64,000 nt of DNA from an uncultured Gemmatimonadales bacterium (GTDB lineage: Bacteria; Gemmatimonadota; Gemmatimonadetes; Gemmatimonadales; GWC2-71-9), in contig CAVVKJ010000006.1 in assembly GCA_963748815.1 (NCBI GenBank), forward strand, positions 91,800-155,799, read 5' to 3'. Below are positions 1-9,973 of the stretch, in pieces. Numbering within the stretch: the first letter of the stretch is position 1; each line of letters begins with the position of its first letter. A program made the position numbers and the translations under genes. The notes beneath the pieces were generated by a model. That model was given only the letters and a program-made list of their open reading frames with translations. It was not told where the DNA came from and made no database searches.

Positions 1-528
1 CCGCCTGCCCGCGATGGCACCGCCCCGCGTTCCGGCACCGTCGGATGCGTCGCGCGCATCCGCGCCTCCCACCAGCTCCCCGACGGACGGAGCAACATCG
101 TCGTCGTGGGCGAACGCCGGTTTCTCCTTCGCCAGACCCTCGCGACCGACGCCCCCTATCTGATCGGGCTGGTGGATACCTTCGAGGACCTCCCCGGTCC
201 CGAGGTGCCGACCGAGGCGCTCGCCGCCCTTCGCGACGCGGCGACGAACTATCTGGGCGCCATGGAAGTGCTCGGGGGCGGGAGCGACCACGCGCCCTGG
301 GCGGACGAGGCGGACTCGCTCTCCTTCCAGGTGGCCGCGGCGGTGGACTTCGAGGTCGAAGTGAAGCGGAGATTGCTGGAGATGCGCACCGCTTCCGAGC
401 GCGTCGCCCTGCTGCTCGAGATGCTGCCGCCACTCGCCGCCGAGGCGGCGGTCCGGGCCCGGGTCCATTCCCGCGCCCGGACCAACGGGAAGGGCGGCCC
501 CCACCCCGATATCGCTGTCGCGCCGTGA
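1..528 (+). CDS. Lon peptidase substrate-binding (LON_N) domain protein, 5' partial
   Basis: Frame 1 is open from base 1: GTVGCVARI...LPDGRSNIVVVGERRF...PYLIG, typical of LON_N; no AAA+ or protease domain. Confidence 0.8.
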   Translation, partial: PPARDGTAPRSGTVGCVARIRASHQLPDGRSNIVVVGERRFLLRQTLATDAPYLIGLVDTFEDLPGPEVPTEALAALRDAATNYLGAMEVLGGGSDHAPWADEADSLSFQVAAAVDFEVEVKRRLLEMRTASERVALLLEMLPPLAAEAAVRARVHSRARTNGKGGPHPDIAVAP

Positions 529-1940
529 GCCAGGCGCTCGCCGCGGAGCTGGGGCGCATCGTGGGCGCGCGATGGGTTCGCGCCCGCCCTGCGGAACTCG
601 CCACCTACGAAGCCGACGGCCTCCCGACCCACGCCTCCCGTCCCGCCCTCGCCGTTCTCCCCGGATCCAGACGCGAACTGATCGAGGTGATTCGCCTGCT
701 CCACCTGGCCAGCGTGCCGTTCGTGGCGCGCGGCGCCGGCACCGGGCTGTCGGGAGGAGCGCTGGCGGGTGGCGACGCCGTCCTCGTCATCCTGACGCGC
801 CTGAATCGCATCCTCCGCGTCGACCCGGCCCGACGCCGGGCCGTCGTCGAACCCGGCGTCGTGAACGCGCGGCTCTCCGAGGCCGCCCTGCCCCTCGGTC
901 TCCACTACGCCCCGGATCCGTCGAGCCAGAGCGCCTGCACGCTTGGCGGGAACGTGGCCGAGAACGCCGGGGGACCGCACTGCCTCAAGTACGGCGTCAC
1001 CACCAACCACGTCGTGGCGCTCGAGGTGCTCCTCCCGGACGCCAGCGTGGTGCGGGTCGGCTCGGAGAGCGGCGAGGCCTGGGGCCCCGACCTGGTGGGC
1101 CTGTTCGTGGGCAGCGAAGGAATGTTCGGCATCGCCACCGAGATCACCCTCCGCCTCCAGCCGCTGCCGGCCTCGGTCCAGACCCTCCTCGCGGCCTTTC
1201 CCGCCATCCGCGCCGCCAGCGAGGCGGTGAGCGGCATCATCGCCGCCGGCATCGTGCCCGCCGCCATGGAGATGATGGACCAGGCGTGCGTGCGCGCGGT
1301 GGAGGCGTCCATCTACGCCGCGGGCTACCCGGTGGATGCCGCCGCCGTCCTGCTGGTCGAGCTCGACGGGTCGGCCGAGGCCGTTCGCGGGGAGGCGGCG
1401 CTGGTCGAGGCCCTGCTCCGGCGCCATCGGGCGACCGAAGTCCGCACCGCCTCCACCGAGGCCGAACGGGTGAAGCTCTGGCAGGGCCGCAAGAAGGCCT
1501 TCGGGGCGATGGGCCGGATCTCGCCCGACCTCGCGGTGCAGGACGCCGTGGTGCCCCGAAGCACCCTGCCCGACATCCTCGACCAGGTCGCGGCGATCGC
1601 CGCGCACTACCGGCTCGACGTCGCGAACGTCTTCCACGCGGGGGATGGCAACCTGCATCCGAACATCAGCTTCGACGGCGGCGACCCCGAAATGGTGGCC
1701 CGGGTGCGCGCCGCCAACCACGACATCATGCACGCCTGTCTCGCCGTCGGCGGGAGCATCACCGGCGAACACGGCGTGGGCTCCGACAAGCTGGCGTACA
1801 TGCCCGACGCATTCGACGCCGACACGCTCGGCGCCATGCGCGCCGTGCGGCAGGTCTTCGATCCAACCGCCCGGGCGAATCCGGGCAAGGTCATTCCCTA
1901 TCACGCCTGTCGCGAGTGGCGTCGGGGAGGTGCCGTATGA
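525..1940 (+). CDS. glcD: Glycolate oxidase subunit GlcD-like FAD-linked oxidase
   Basis: GTG overlaps the upstream TGA; ARGAGTGLSGG, PDPSSQSACTLGGNVAENAGGPHCLKYG, HAGDGNLHP, GEHGVG. Confidence 0.9.
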   Translation: MSQALAAELGRIVGARWVRARPAELATYEADGLPTHASRPALAVLPGSRRELIEVIRLLHLASVPFVARGAGTGLSGGALAGGDAVLVILTRLNRILRVDPARRRAVVEPGVVNARLSEAALPLGLHYAPDPSSQSACTLGGNVAENAGGPHCLKYGVTTNHVVALEVLLPDASVVRVGSESGEAWGPDLVGLFVGSEGMFGIATEITLRLQPLPASVQTLLAAFPAIRAASEAVSGIIAAGIVPAAMEMMDQACVRAVEASIYAAGYPVDAAAVLLVELDGSAEAVRGEAALVEALLRRHRATEVRTASTEAERVKLWQGRKKAFGAMGRISPDLAVQDAVVPRSTLPDILDQVAAIAAHYRLDVANVFHAGDGNLHPNISFDGGDPEMVARVRAANHDIMHACLAVGGSITGEHGVGSDKLAYMPDAFDADTLGAMRAVRQVFDPTARANPGKVIPYHACREWRRGGAV

Positions 1941-3151
1941 GTCACGACGTGTTGGATCGCCTCCGGGCGCTGCTCGGTCCCGCGGCGGTCAGCCGCGACC
2001 CCGACGGCATGCCGCGGGCGGTCCCCGACTCCACCGACGCGGTCGCCGAGACGCTCCGGCTCGCCGACGAGTCGGGGTGGCGGGTCCGCCTCGAGGGACA
2101 CGGGAGCTGGGTGCCAACCGACGCCCCGGCCGATCTCGCCCTCACGACGCGCGGCCTCGATCGCATCGTGGCGGTGCATCCCGCCGACCTCGTGGCGACG
2201 GTCGAGGCCGGGGTGGCGCTGGATGTTCTCCAGCGGCGGCTCGCCGGCGAGGGCATGTGGCTCGCGCTCGACGTTCCCGGCCGCCCCGAGCGGACCATCG
2301 GCTCGATCGTCGCCACCGGCACCGCAGGCGCGTTGCGCGCCGGGTTCGGCCCGGTGCGTGATCATGTCCTGGGCTGCACCGCCGTCACCGGCGACGGCCG
2401 AGTGGTCCGTCCCGGCGGCACCGTGGTCAAGAATGTGGCGGGATACGACCTCACCAAGCTGCAGGTGGGCGGCTTCGGTGCGTTCGGCGTGCTGACCACG
2501 CTGCACCTGCGACTCCGCGCCCGCCCGACCGCGGACGTCACGCTCGTGGCCCGCGCCCCGCGCGACCACCTGACCAGCGCGGCGCGCGACCTCTCGGACG
2601 CCGGCGTCGAACCGCAGGCGCTCGAACTGCTCTCGCCGGCCGTCTGCGCCGATTCCGAATGGATGCTCGCGGCGCGGTGCGTCGGCTCCGAGGGCGGCGT
2701 CGCTGGGGACGTCGCGCGGATCCTCGACACCGCCGACCTGGCGTGGAGCCAGCTGGACGCCGAGCGCGCGCACGCCTTCTGGCACCTGGTGACCCACGCG
2801 GGCAGCGGCGCGGCCATCACGCTCCGACTTGGCGCGCTCGCCCCCGGACTCGACGAACTGCTCGACCTCGTCAGCCAGCATCTCGACGAGGGACTCGTCT
2901 GGGCCGGCGCGGCGCAGGGGGGCATGCGCTGGGCGGGGGACGCAACCGCCGACCGGGTGCGCACGCTGCGGCACCTCGCCGCGGAGCGGGAAGTCCCCCT
3001 CACGCTCGAGCGCGCGCCCTGGCCCCTCCGCCAGGCGGTGGGGCATTTCGGGGCGTACCGGGAAGGGGTCGGACCGCTGGTGGCGCAGCTCCGCGAGGTC
3101 TTCGATCCGACCGGCCGGCTGGTCGTCGCCATGGACGGCCTCGACCCGTGA
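1937..3151 (+). CDS. glcE: Glycolate oxidase FAD-binding subunit GlcE-like
   Basis: ATGA overlap; GGTVVKNVAGYDLTKL motif; lies between glcD and glcF. Confidence 0.85.
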   Translation: MSHDVLDRLRALLGPAAVSRDPDGMPRAVPDSTDAVAETLRLADESGWRVRLEGHGSWVPTDAPADLALTTRGLDRIVAVHPADLVATVEAGVALDVLQRRLAGEGMWLALDVPGRPERTIGSIVATGTAGALRAGFGPVRDHVLGCTAVTGDGRVVRPGGTVVKNVAGYDLTKLQVGGFGAFGVLTTLHLRLRARPTADVTLVARAPRDHLTSAARDLSDAGVEPQALELLSPAVCADSEWMLAARCVGSEGGVAGDVARILDTADLAWSQLDAERAHAFWHLVTHAGSGAAITLRLGALAPGLDELLDLVSQHLDEGLVWAGAAQGGMRWAGDATADRVRTLRHLAAEREVPLTLERAPWPLRQAVGHFGAYREGVGPLVAQLREVFDPTGRLVVAMDGLDP

Positions 3152-4428
3152 GCGACCATGGCCGAGCCGCGATTCTCGATCCGCTCGCGCCGTGCGTGCA
3201 CTGCGGCTTCTGCCTTCCGGCCTGCCCGACCTACCTCGCCACCGGCGACGAGAACGACAGCCCGCGCGGCCGCATCGTCCTCATGCGGGCCATGGCCACC
3301 GGCGCAGTCGCTCCGACCGATGCCGCGCTCGGCAATCACCTGGATCGCTGCCTGGGCTGCCGCGGCTGCGAGCCCGCCTGCCCATCAGGAGTGTCCTACG
3401 GCGCGGGTCTCGCCGCCGCACGCCACGCGCTCGTGGAAGCCCGGGGACTCCCCTGGGCGGCCCGGATGATCCTAGCCATCTTCTCGACCCCGATGCTCTG
3501 GCGTCCGCTGCTCACCCTCGCCCGCTGGTTCCGCTCCACCGGCATCCCCCGCGCCCTCGCGGGGAATGGCCGCATCGGCTTCTCGATGGGCATGCTCGCT
3601 GCATCTGCCCCCGTGCCCCGCAGCCCCGCGGCCCCGCTGACTGGCCCCGCGGCCCCGCGGCCCCGCCCCACGGTGGCCCTCTTCACCGGCTGCGTGATGG
3701 ACACCCTCTTCCCGCATGTGCACGGCGCCGCCCGGCGAACGCTTGAAGCCAACGGCTATCGAGTCGTCGAGGTGCGGGGCCAGGAATGCTGCGGGGCGCT
3801 GCACGAGCACGCGGGGGACCACATTGGGGCGACGACGCTCGCGTTCCGGAACGTCGCAGCGTTTGCGGGTGCCGCGGATTTCATCGCCGTGGACAGCGCC
3901 GGCTGCGGCGCCCTCCTGAAGGAATACGGCCGCCTCCTCGGCACCGAGGCCGCAGCCGAATTTGCGGACCGGGTCAAGGATGTCACCGAACTGCTCGCGG
4001 CGAAGGGACCTCGGGCCGCCGGGCCGCTCGCCGGCGAGGTCGTCTATGACGCCCCCTGTCACCTCCAGCACGCCCAGGGAGTCCAGACCGCACCACTGGC
4101 GGTGCTCGAGGCCATCGAGGGCATCCGCCTCCGCCAGCTGCCGGGTGCGGATCGCTGTTGCGGCAGCGCCGGCATCTATTCGATCCTCGAGCCCGCCCTC
4201 TCCCGCGACGTGCTGGACGCGAAGGTGGCCGCGATTCAGGGCGCCCGCCCGGTGCCCGCCGTCGTCGCGACCGGCAACCCCGGCTGCCTCATGCAGGTCG
4301 GCGCCGGGCTGCTCGCTGAGGGATTGCCGACCCGGGTCGCGCACCCGGTTGAGCTGCTCGACGAGGCGTACCGGCTGCACGGGGTCTATGCCCCCCTCGA
4401 CCCTCCCCCCGCTAGGTTTCGGGCATGA
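3148..4428 (+). CDS. glcF: Glycolate oxidase Fe-S subunit GlcF-like
   Basis: CVHCGFCLPACPTY, CLGCRGCEPACP and two CCG domains. Confidence 0.88.
   Translation: MSDHGRAAILDPLAPCVHCGFCLPACPTYLATGDENDSPRGRIVLMRAMATGAVAPTDAALGNHLDRCLGCRGCEPACPSGVSYGAGLAAARHALVEARGLPWAARMILAIFSTPMLWRPLLTLARWFRSTGIPRALAGNGRIGFSMGMLAASAPVPRSPAAPLTGPAAPRPRPTVALFTGCVMDTLFPHVHGAARRTLEANGYRVVEVRGQECCGALHEHAGDHIGATTLAFRNVAAFAGAADFIAVDSAGCGALLKEYGRLLGTEAAAEFADRVKDVTELLAAKGPRAAGPLAGEVVYDAPCHLQHAQGVQTAPLAVLEAIEGIRLRQLPGADRCCGSAGIYSILEPALSRDVLDAKVAAIQGARPVPAVVATGNPGCLMQVGAGLLAEGLPTRVAHPVELLDEAYRLHGVYAPLDPPPARFRA
4413..4427 (+). promoter_or_regulatory. Putative leaderless -10 element for ygfZ
   Basis: TAGGTT, 6 nt, then ATG; no Shine-Dalgarno. 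Confidence 0.45.
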
Positions 4429-5402
4429 TCTCCGCCGCACTCCCCGATTTCGAGCGGCTCCACTTGTTGCGGGGGGGCGCCGTCCTCGTCGACGCCCCCG
4501 CAGCGGTGTTTCGTGTCACCGGGAGCGGCGCCGTCGCCTGCCTGCAAGGTCTCTGGACCAACGACCTGGTCGAGCCGGGTGAGGCCTCGTTTACCTACGG
4601 GGGGCTGCTCACCCCGAAGGGAATGATCGTCGCCGACGGCTGGGCGCTCCGCGCCGGCGACGCCATCGACCTCCTCCTTCCGCCCCACGCGCGAGAGCCT
4701 GTCGGCCAGATACTCACCCGTTCGCTTCCCCCGCGCCTCGCCACGGTGACCGACCTCTCCGAGTCCACCCGGGTGCTCCACCTCCTCGGCGATGCCTCCC
4801 TCGACCGGTGGCCCGTCGTCCCGCTCGGACGGTTGCCGGAGGCCGGGCAGGTTGCGCAGGGGAACCTCGCGGAGGGCGACTTCCACGTGGCCGTGCCGGC
4901 TGCCGGGCCGTTTCAGGCCCTCGTCGTCGGGGCCGGCGATGCTGTGCGTGGGGCGATGTCGCTCCTCAAGGCGGCCGGCATGCGAGTCGGCGAGGAAACC
5001 GACCGCGAGGCCGCCAGGATCCTGGCCGGTTGGCCTGCCCTGGGAGCGGAGATCGACGAACGCACCCTTCCGCAGGAAGTGCGCTTCGACGAACACGCGG
5101 GCGTGTCCTACACGAAGGGGTGCTATACCGGGCAGGAAACGGTGGCGCGGTTGCACTTTCGAGGGCATGCCAACCGGGTGTTGCGGGGACTCCGGTGGAT
5201 CGGTCCACAAGCCGCGGGCGACCAGGTGCTCGCGGGCGAGAAGCCGGTGGGCCGCGTCAGTTCCACGCTCACGGTCCCGGACCGTGTCCTCGGCCTGGCG
5301 CTGATTCGGCGCGAGGTCCATCCGGGCAATCGCGTCACCATCGGTGGCGCCCCGGCTGTCGTCCTCGAACTCCCGTTCGGGCCGGAGGACATCGAAGGGT
5401 GA
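4425..5402 (+). CDS. ygfZ: YgfZ/GcvT-like folate-binding protein
   Basis: KGCYTGQE signature. Confidence 0.9.
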   Translation: MISAALPDFERLHLLRGGAVLVDAPAAVFRVTGSGAVACLQGLWTNDLVEPGEASFTYGGLLTPKGMIVADGWALRAGDAIDLLLPPHAREPVGQILTRSLPPRLATVTDLSESTRVLHLLGDASLDRWPVVPLGRLPEAGQVAQGNLAEGDFHVAVPAAGPFQALVVGAGDAVRGAMSLLKAAGMRVGEETDREAARILAGWPALGAEIDERTLPQEVRFDEHAGVSYTKGCYTGQETVARLHFRGHANRVLRGLRWIGPQAAGDQVLAGEKPVGRVSSTLTVPDRVLGLALIRREVHPGNRVTIGGAPAVVLELPFGPEDIEG

Positions 5403-6388
5403 GGGTGTTCGTCACTGGAGGGACCGGACTCGTCGGCGAGCCGGTGGTGCGGACACTCGTGGCCCGGGGCGATACCGTCACCGCGCTCGTCCGGACGCGC
5501 GAGGCCGCAAAACGCATCAGCGCGCTGGGCGCCTCACCGGTGCTCGGCACCGTTGAGGATTCCCGGACCTGGGACAGCCTCGCCGCGGCGGACGGCATCA
5601 TCCACTCCGCCGCGCTGGTCTCGGCCCGGACCCCCTGGCAAACCTTCTTCCAAGTGAACGTCGAAGGCACGAGGCTCGCTGCGGCCGCCGCGCGCCGGCT
5701 GCGGGCGCGCCTGGTCCACATCTCCTCGGTGGCCGTCTATGGCCGGCAGGCCGCCGACGAACCACCCGGCAGTCGGAGCGAGCACGCCCCGCTCGGCCCG
5801 CTCGAGGAGCACGACTTCTACGCCCGAAGCAAACGGCTCGCGGAGGACATGGTCCGGTCGGAGGTGGCGCTGGGGCTGGAAGCGGTGATCCTCCGGCCCT
5901 GCGTCGTCTACGGGAGCGGCGACCGGCTCTTCCTGCCGCGAATGGCGGCCGCAGCCCGGTGGGGATGGCTCCCGCGGGTGGGCACCGGCAGCCTCCCGAT
6001 GGCCGTCGTCCACGCCGAGAGCGTCGCCGACGCCGCACTCCGCGCCCTCGACACACCTCGCGCCGTCAGCCGGATCTACCAGGTGACCAACGACGGGGAG
6101 ATCACCACGCGGGAGTTCGTGGCGGCCCTTGCCGACGGCGTTGGTCGGAGGGTCCGAACTGTCCCCGTTCCGGAGGCGGCGGCCCTCGCGATTGCGCGTG
6201 GGACACAAGCAATGCTTCGGCTGGTCGGGCCGGGCCTCTATCCGGGCACCATTACCGGCGCGGTTCGATTCTGGCGGGGGGGCAATCCCTACACGTCCGC
6301 GCGAGCCGAGGCGGAACTCGGCTGGAAGCCGAACGTCGCGCACCGCGAGGCGATCACCGCGCTCGTGCGCCGGCTCTCGTTCGGCTGA
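5399..6388 (+). CDS. NAD-dependent epimerase/dehydratase (extended SDR)
   Basis: VTGGTGLVG, HISS and YxxxK (YARSK); GTG overlaps ygfZ stop. Confidence 0.88.
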   Translation: MRVFVTGGTGLVGEPVVRTLVARGDTVTALVRTREAAKRISALGASPVLGTVEDSRTWDSLAAADGIIHSAALVSARTPWQTFFQVNVEGTRLAAAAARRLRARLVHISSVAVYGRQAADEPPGSRSEHAPLGPLEEHDFYARSKRLAEDMVRSEVALGLEAVILRPCVVYGSGDRLFLPRMAAAARWGWLPRVGTGSLPMAVVHAESVADAALRALDTPRAVSRIYQVTNDGEITTREFVAALADGVGRRVRTVPVPEAAALAIARGTQAMLRLVGPGLYPGTITGAVRFWRGGNPYTSARAEAELGWKPNVAHREAITALVRRLSFG

Positions 6389-6406
6389 TTCCCGGCAGGA
6401 GCGTCG

Positions 6407-6601
6407 CTACATCGCCCGGGCGGTGTCGCGCGCCATCACGGTGTCCGCAGGCGTGGTGTCGGCAACGGATGGGGCGGGCGGAGCTGGAACGGTGGCCGGC
6501 GACGCGGCCACACTGTCCACCGGGGGTTTGCCCGAGTCGGCCTGTTCGCGCGCACACGCGAGGCAGGCAATCAGCGTCACAAGAATGCCGTACGTTCTCA
6601 T
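6407..6601 (-). CDS. Small putative lipoprotein
   Basis: GAGGAG RBS; signal peptide with lipobox-like CLAC; Pro/Ala-rich tail. Confidence 0.65.
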   Translation of the reverse strand: MRTYGILVTLIACLACAREQADSGKPPVDSVAASPATVPAPPAPSVADTTPADTVMARDTARAM

Positions 6602-6608
6602 CGTCTCC

Positions 6609-7268
6609 TCACTTATTCGGGTTGTTCGAGGATATGCCGTCCGCTGGCCACCCCATCCGGCGCGCGCGATCGACGATCGCGTCCCCCGCCCCGCCGTACC
6701 CAAGCAGACCAGTATTCAGCACCAGGTGGAAGTGGGTGGGGTCGGCCCAGTCCCGGTCGTAGTACTCCCTGTGGTAGCGCTCGCGGTTCTGGTCGGTGTC
6801 GTCCATCAGGCGCTCCGCCTCCGTCGCCCCGAGGTGCTGCCGGGCCATCACCGCGCGAATCCGGTCGGCCCGAGGGGCCACGACCCGTACGTGGAGGGCG
6901 TCCTCCTTGCGGGCCAGTACCGCCGGCGCCGCCCGTCCCACCAGCACTACCCGACCCTCCGCCGCGAGGTCTGCGACCACCCCCTCGGTCACCTTGACGA
7001 GCGCGGCCTCCTCCAACTCGGCCGGTCGGAGCGGCGAAGGTGGCGCGATCAGCTCCGGCGCGGCACGCGAGAGCGCGCGGACCAGCCATTCACGGAATCC
7101 CGGCGCCCGCTCATCCCGGAGGGCCACCGTCGCCTCCGGCACCCCGGCTCGCACCGCCACGCGGGCAACGAAATCGTTGTCCACCAGCCGCCAGCCGAGC
7201 GCACGCGCGGCATGTTCCGCGACGAGCGACCCGCCGGCCCCGAATTCACGCGAGATGGTGATCAGCAT
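6609..7268 (-). CDS. Cytidylate kinase-like family protein
   Basis: ITISREFGAGG P-loop, VLVGR, HLVLNT. Confidence 0.85.
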   Translation of the reverse strand: MLITISREFGAGGSLVAEHAARALGWRLVDNDFVARVAVRAGVPEATVALRDERAPGFREWLVRALSRAAPELIAPPSPLRPAELEEAALVKVTEGVVADLAAEGRVVLVGRAAPAVLARKEDALHVRVVAPRADRIRAVMARQHLGATEAERLMDDTDQNRERYHREYYDRDWADPTHFHLVLNTGLLGYGGAGDAIVDRARRMGWPADGISSNNPNK

Positions 7269-7290
7269 CGTCGTACCGCCTGGAAGAAGA

Positions 7291-8520
7291 CTAGGCTGCC
7301 GCAGGGACCGGCGACCGCCGTGCGCTCCGCCACGCCAGCATCGCCGCGAGGACGCACACACCGCCGCCCACGGCGAGCGACGCCTGTACCCCGAAGTGTT
7401 CCGAGACCCAGCCCGCCTGGAGCGCCCCGAGCGGCGCCATCCCGACCACCATGAAGGAATAGAAGCCCATCACGCGACCCCGGAGATGATCCGGGGCCTT
7501 GGTCTGCAGGATGGTGTTGGTCAGGATGCTGGTCAGCGCCCAGCTGCATCCGGCCAGCGTCAGGAGGAAGAGCGCGGCGCTGAACTGGCCCACCAGGCTC
7601 GTCACGAGCAGCACGCAGCCGAAGAGCGAGGCGAAGAGGAACACCCGTCCTTCCTGCTGCACCCGGTGTCCCATCGCAGCCACGAAGAGGGCCGCGGCCG
7701 CGGCGCCCACCCCGACGCCGGACATCAGCGCGCCGTAGCCGGTGGCGCCGGCCCCCAGCACTTGCGACGCATACACCGGCAGCATCGGGGCAAACGAGAA
7801 CCCGAAGACGCTGAACGTGATGGTCAGCAGGGTCAACAGGCGCGGCTCCGCCGTGCCCATGATGTAGCGCCATCCGTCGCGGAAGGTCGAGCGGCCGGGC
7901 AGCGCGCCGCTGCCCCCGGCGAACGGCGGCCGCATGATCACGAGCATCCACAGCACGGCCAGGTAGCTCGCGGCGTTGACGAAGAAGCAGGCGGCGATGC
8001 CGATCCCGGCGATCACGAGGCCGGCGATGGCCGGCCCGATGACGCGCGTGACGTTGAACACCGACGAATTCAGGGCGATCGCCGTCATCAGGTCCTCCCG
8101 CCCCGTCATCTCGACGAGGAAGGACTGTCGCGCCGGAATCTCGAAGGCGGCGAGCAGGCCCTGCGCGGCCGCGAGGACCATCACCCATCCGACCGTGACC
8201 CGGCCGGTGGCCGTCAGGAGCGCCAGCGCGAGCGCCTCGAGGAGCATCAGCGTCTGCAGCACGAGGAGAAATCGGCGCTTGTTGACCCGGTCGGCCACCA
8301 CGCCGCCGTACAGCGTGAACAGCAGGACAGGCAGGGTGTTGATGGTGGTGACGAGACCGACCTGGAAGGCGGAGTTGGTGAGTTGGAGCACCAGCCACCC
8401 CTGCGCGACCGTCTGCATCCAGGTCCCGCTCAGGGAGACAAACTGTCCCCCGAGGAAGAGCCGGAAGTTCCGGTGCCGCAGGGCCCCGAAGGCGGGACGC
8501 GGAACCGCGGCAGTGCTCAC
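7291..8520 (-). CDS. MFS transporter (MFS_3-like)
   Basis: ALRHRNFRLF..GQFVSLSGTWMQ; about 12 TM segments; GVVADR motif A. Confidence 0.88.
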   Translation of the reverse strand: MSTAAVPRPAFGALRHRNFRLFLGGQFVSLSGTWMQTVAQGWLVLQLTNSAFQVGLVTTINTLPVLLFTLYGGVVADRVNKRRFLLVLQTLMLLEALALALLTATGRVTVGWVMVLAAAQGLLAAFEIPARQSFLVEMTGREDLMTAIALNSSVFNVTRVIGPAIAGLVIAGIGIAACFFVNAASYLAVLWMLVIMRPPFAGGSGALPGRSTFRDGWRYIMGTAEPRLLTLLTITFSVFGFSFAPMLPVYASQVLGAGATGYGALMSGVGVGAAAAALFVAAMGHRVQQEGRVFLFASLFGCVLLVTSLVGQFSAALFLLTLAGCSWALTSILTNTILQTKAPDHLRGRVMGFYSFMVVGMAPLGALQAGWVSEHFGVQASLAVGGGVCVLAAMLAWRSARRSPVPAAA

Positions 8521-8539
8521 CGCGACCTGCCGCCCACGA

Positions 8540-9973
8540 CTATTTGACCACCTGCTTGACGAGCTTGCCGGCAGGGAAGGTCCCGTCGACGGCGATCCCG
8601 TTGAGCAGCGCAACCCGCTCGACCGGCACCACCGAGGGGTACCTGGCATGGAACGCGGCGACGGTCATCGGCGCGCTGAGCTTGACGACCTTGATCCGGG
8701 TGGGGCGGACGGTCAGCTTCGCGGCGTCGGTGAGGGGCCGGAAGCTGCGGACCCAGGTGCGCATGGCGTTGTCGTAGGCGGCGGCCTGCGCTTCCTTCGC
8801 AATGGTCATCAACCGGTAGTTCCGGCCGCCGTAGGTGATGAACGTGATGTATCCGCGGACCGCGCCGGCCGGGATCATGGCCCGGAAGGGGGCGGACACC
8901 GCCGGCAGCCCGTTGATCGCGGCCTGGCTCACGGCGCCCGACGTCACGCTGTCTTGCGCCAGGAAAGACTGGAGCTGGGTCGCGATCGGATCGGCGCTGC
9001 CGAGCTCGAGTTGCAGCAGCCCATCCTCCTTCTCCGCCAGTCCGGTCACCGCGGAGAAGCCGTTGTTGGTGCGCCAGCCGGCAGGGAAGATGACTTGGAA
9101 CTTCAGCTCCGGATGGTAGAACGCCTGGCCGTCGAAGTATCCCTGTCGGGGGTCGTCTCCGTACACCATCCCGTCGAGCTGCCGGAGGAACGGATCCCGG
9201 TTCCACGCGAGGGCGGCGTAGTCGACCTTGGCGCTGTCGATCATGCGCTGGGTCTGCGCCAGGCGGTTCTCGGGGTAGGGGTGGGTCACCGCCCAGGCGG
9301 GGAGCCGCTCCTGGCCACTCGCCGACTCCACGCTCGCGAGCATGGAGAAGAGGTCGAGCATCGCGTGCGGGTCGTACCCCGAGCGAAGGGAGTACCGGAA
9401 GCCGAGCATGTCCGCCTGGCTCTCGTCGTCGCGGGTGTACTTGAGGAAGAGCAGTTGCAGGCCGGCGCCGGCCGCCCCGATATAGCCCTGGAGGTCGGGC
9501 CGGAGAACCGCGCCGAGCCCGAGCCCCAGCTGCGCGAGCTGGGCCCGGCTCATCTGCGATGCGGAGTGGCGCGCCGTGACATGCCCAATCTCGTGGCCGA
9601 GCACCCCGACGAGCTCCGCTTCCGAGTTCATGTTGGCCAGGATGCCGCGCGTCACATAGATGAACCCCCCGGGCAGCGCGAAGGCGTTGACCTGGGGGTC
9701 GTCCACGACCGTGAATTTCCATGGGAGTTGAGGGCGCTCGGAGGTGGCGGCAAGCTGCAGCCCGAGCCGCGAAACGTACGGCTGCCAGACCGAATCCTCG
9801 TAGGTGCCCATCTGGACGGCCACCTGCTGGGCCGCCTCGACGCCCAGCGCCACCTCCTGGCTCTCGGAGACGAGGATGAGTTCCTTCTGGCCTGTCGCGG
9901 GGTTCATCGCGCACCCCGCGACCAGCGACCAAGCCAGCGCCGCCCCGAGGCGGCGCCGCGCCTGGGTTTGCAT
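8540..9973 (-). CDS. M48 family metalloprotease lipoprotein (BepA-like, LysM-like C-terminus)
   Basis: Lipobox VAGC, NAFALPGG, HEIGH, ESQAD, THP. Confidence 0.9.
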   Translation of the reverse strand: MQTQARRRLGAALAWSLVAGCAMNPATGQKELILVSESQEVALGVEAAQQVAVQMGTYEDSVWQPYVSRLGLQLAATSERPQLPWKFTVVDDPQVNAFALPGGFIYVTRGILANMNSEAELVGVLGHEIGHVTARHSASQMSRAQLAQLGLGLGAVLRPDLQGYIGAAGAGLQLLFLKYTRDDESQADMLGFRYSLRSGYDPHAMLDLFSMLASVESASGQERLPAWAVTHPYPENRLAQTQRMIDSAKVDYAALAWNRDPFLRQLDGMVYGDDPRQGYFDGQAFYHPELKFQVIFPAGWRTNNGFSAVTGLAEKEDGLLQLELGSADPIATQLQSFLAQDSVTSGAVSQAAINGLPAVSAPFRAMIPAGAVRGYITFITYGGRNYRLMTIAKEAQAAAYDNAMRTWVRSFRPLTDAAKLTVRPTRIKVVKLSAPMTVAAFHARYPSVVPVERVALLNGIAVDGTFPAGKLVKQVVK

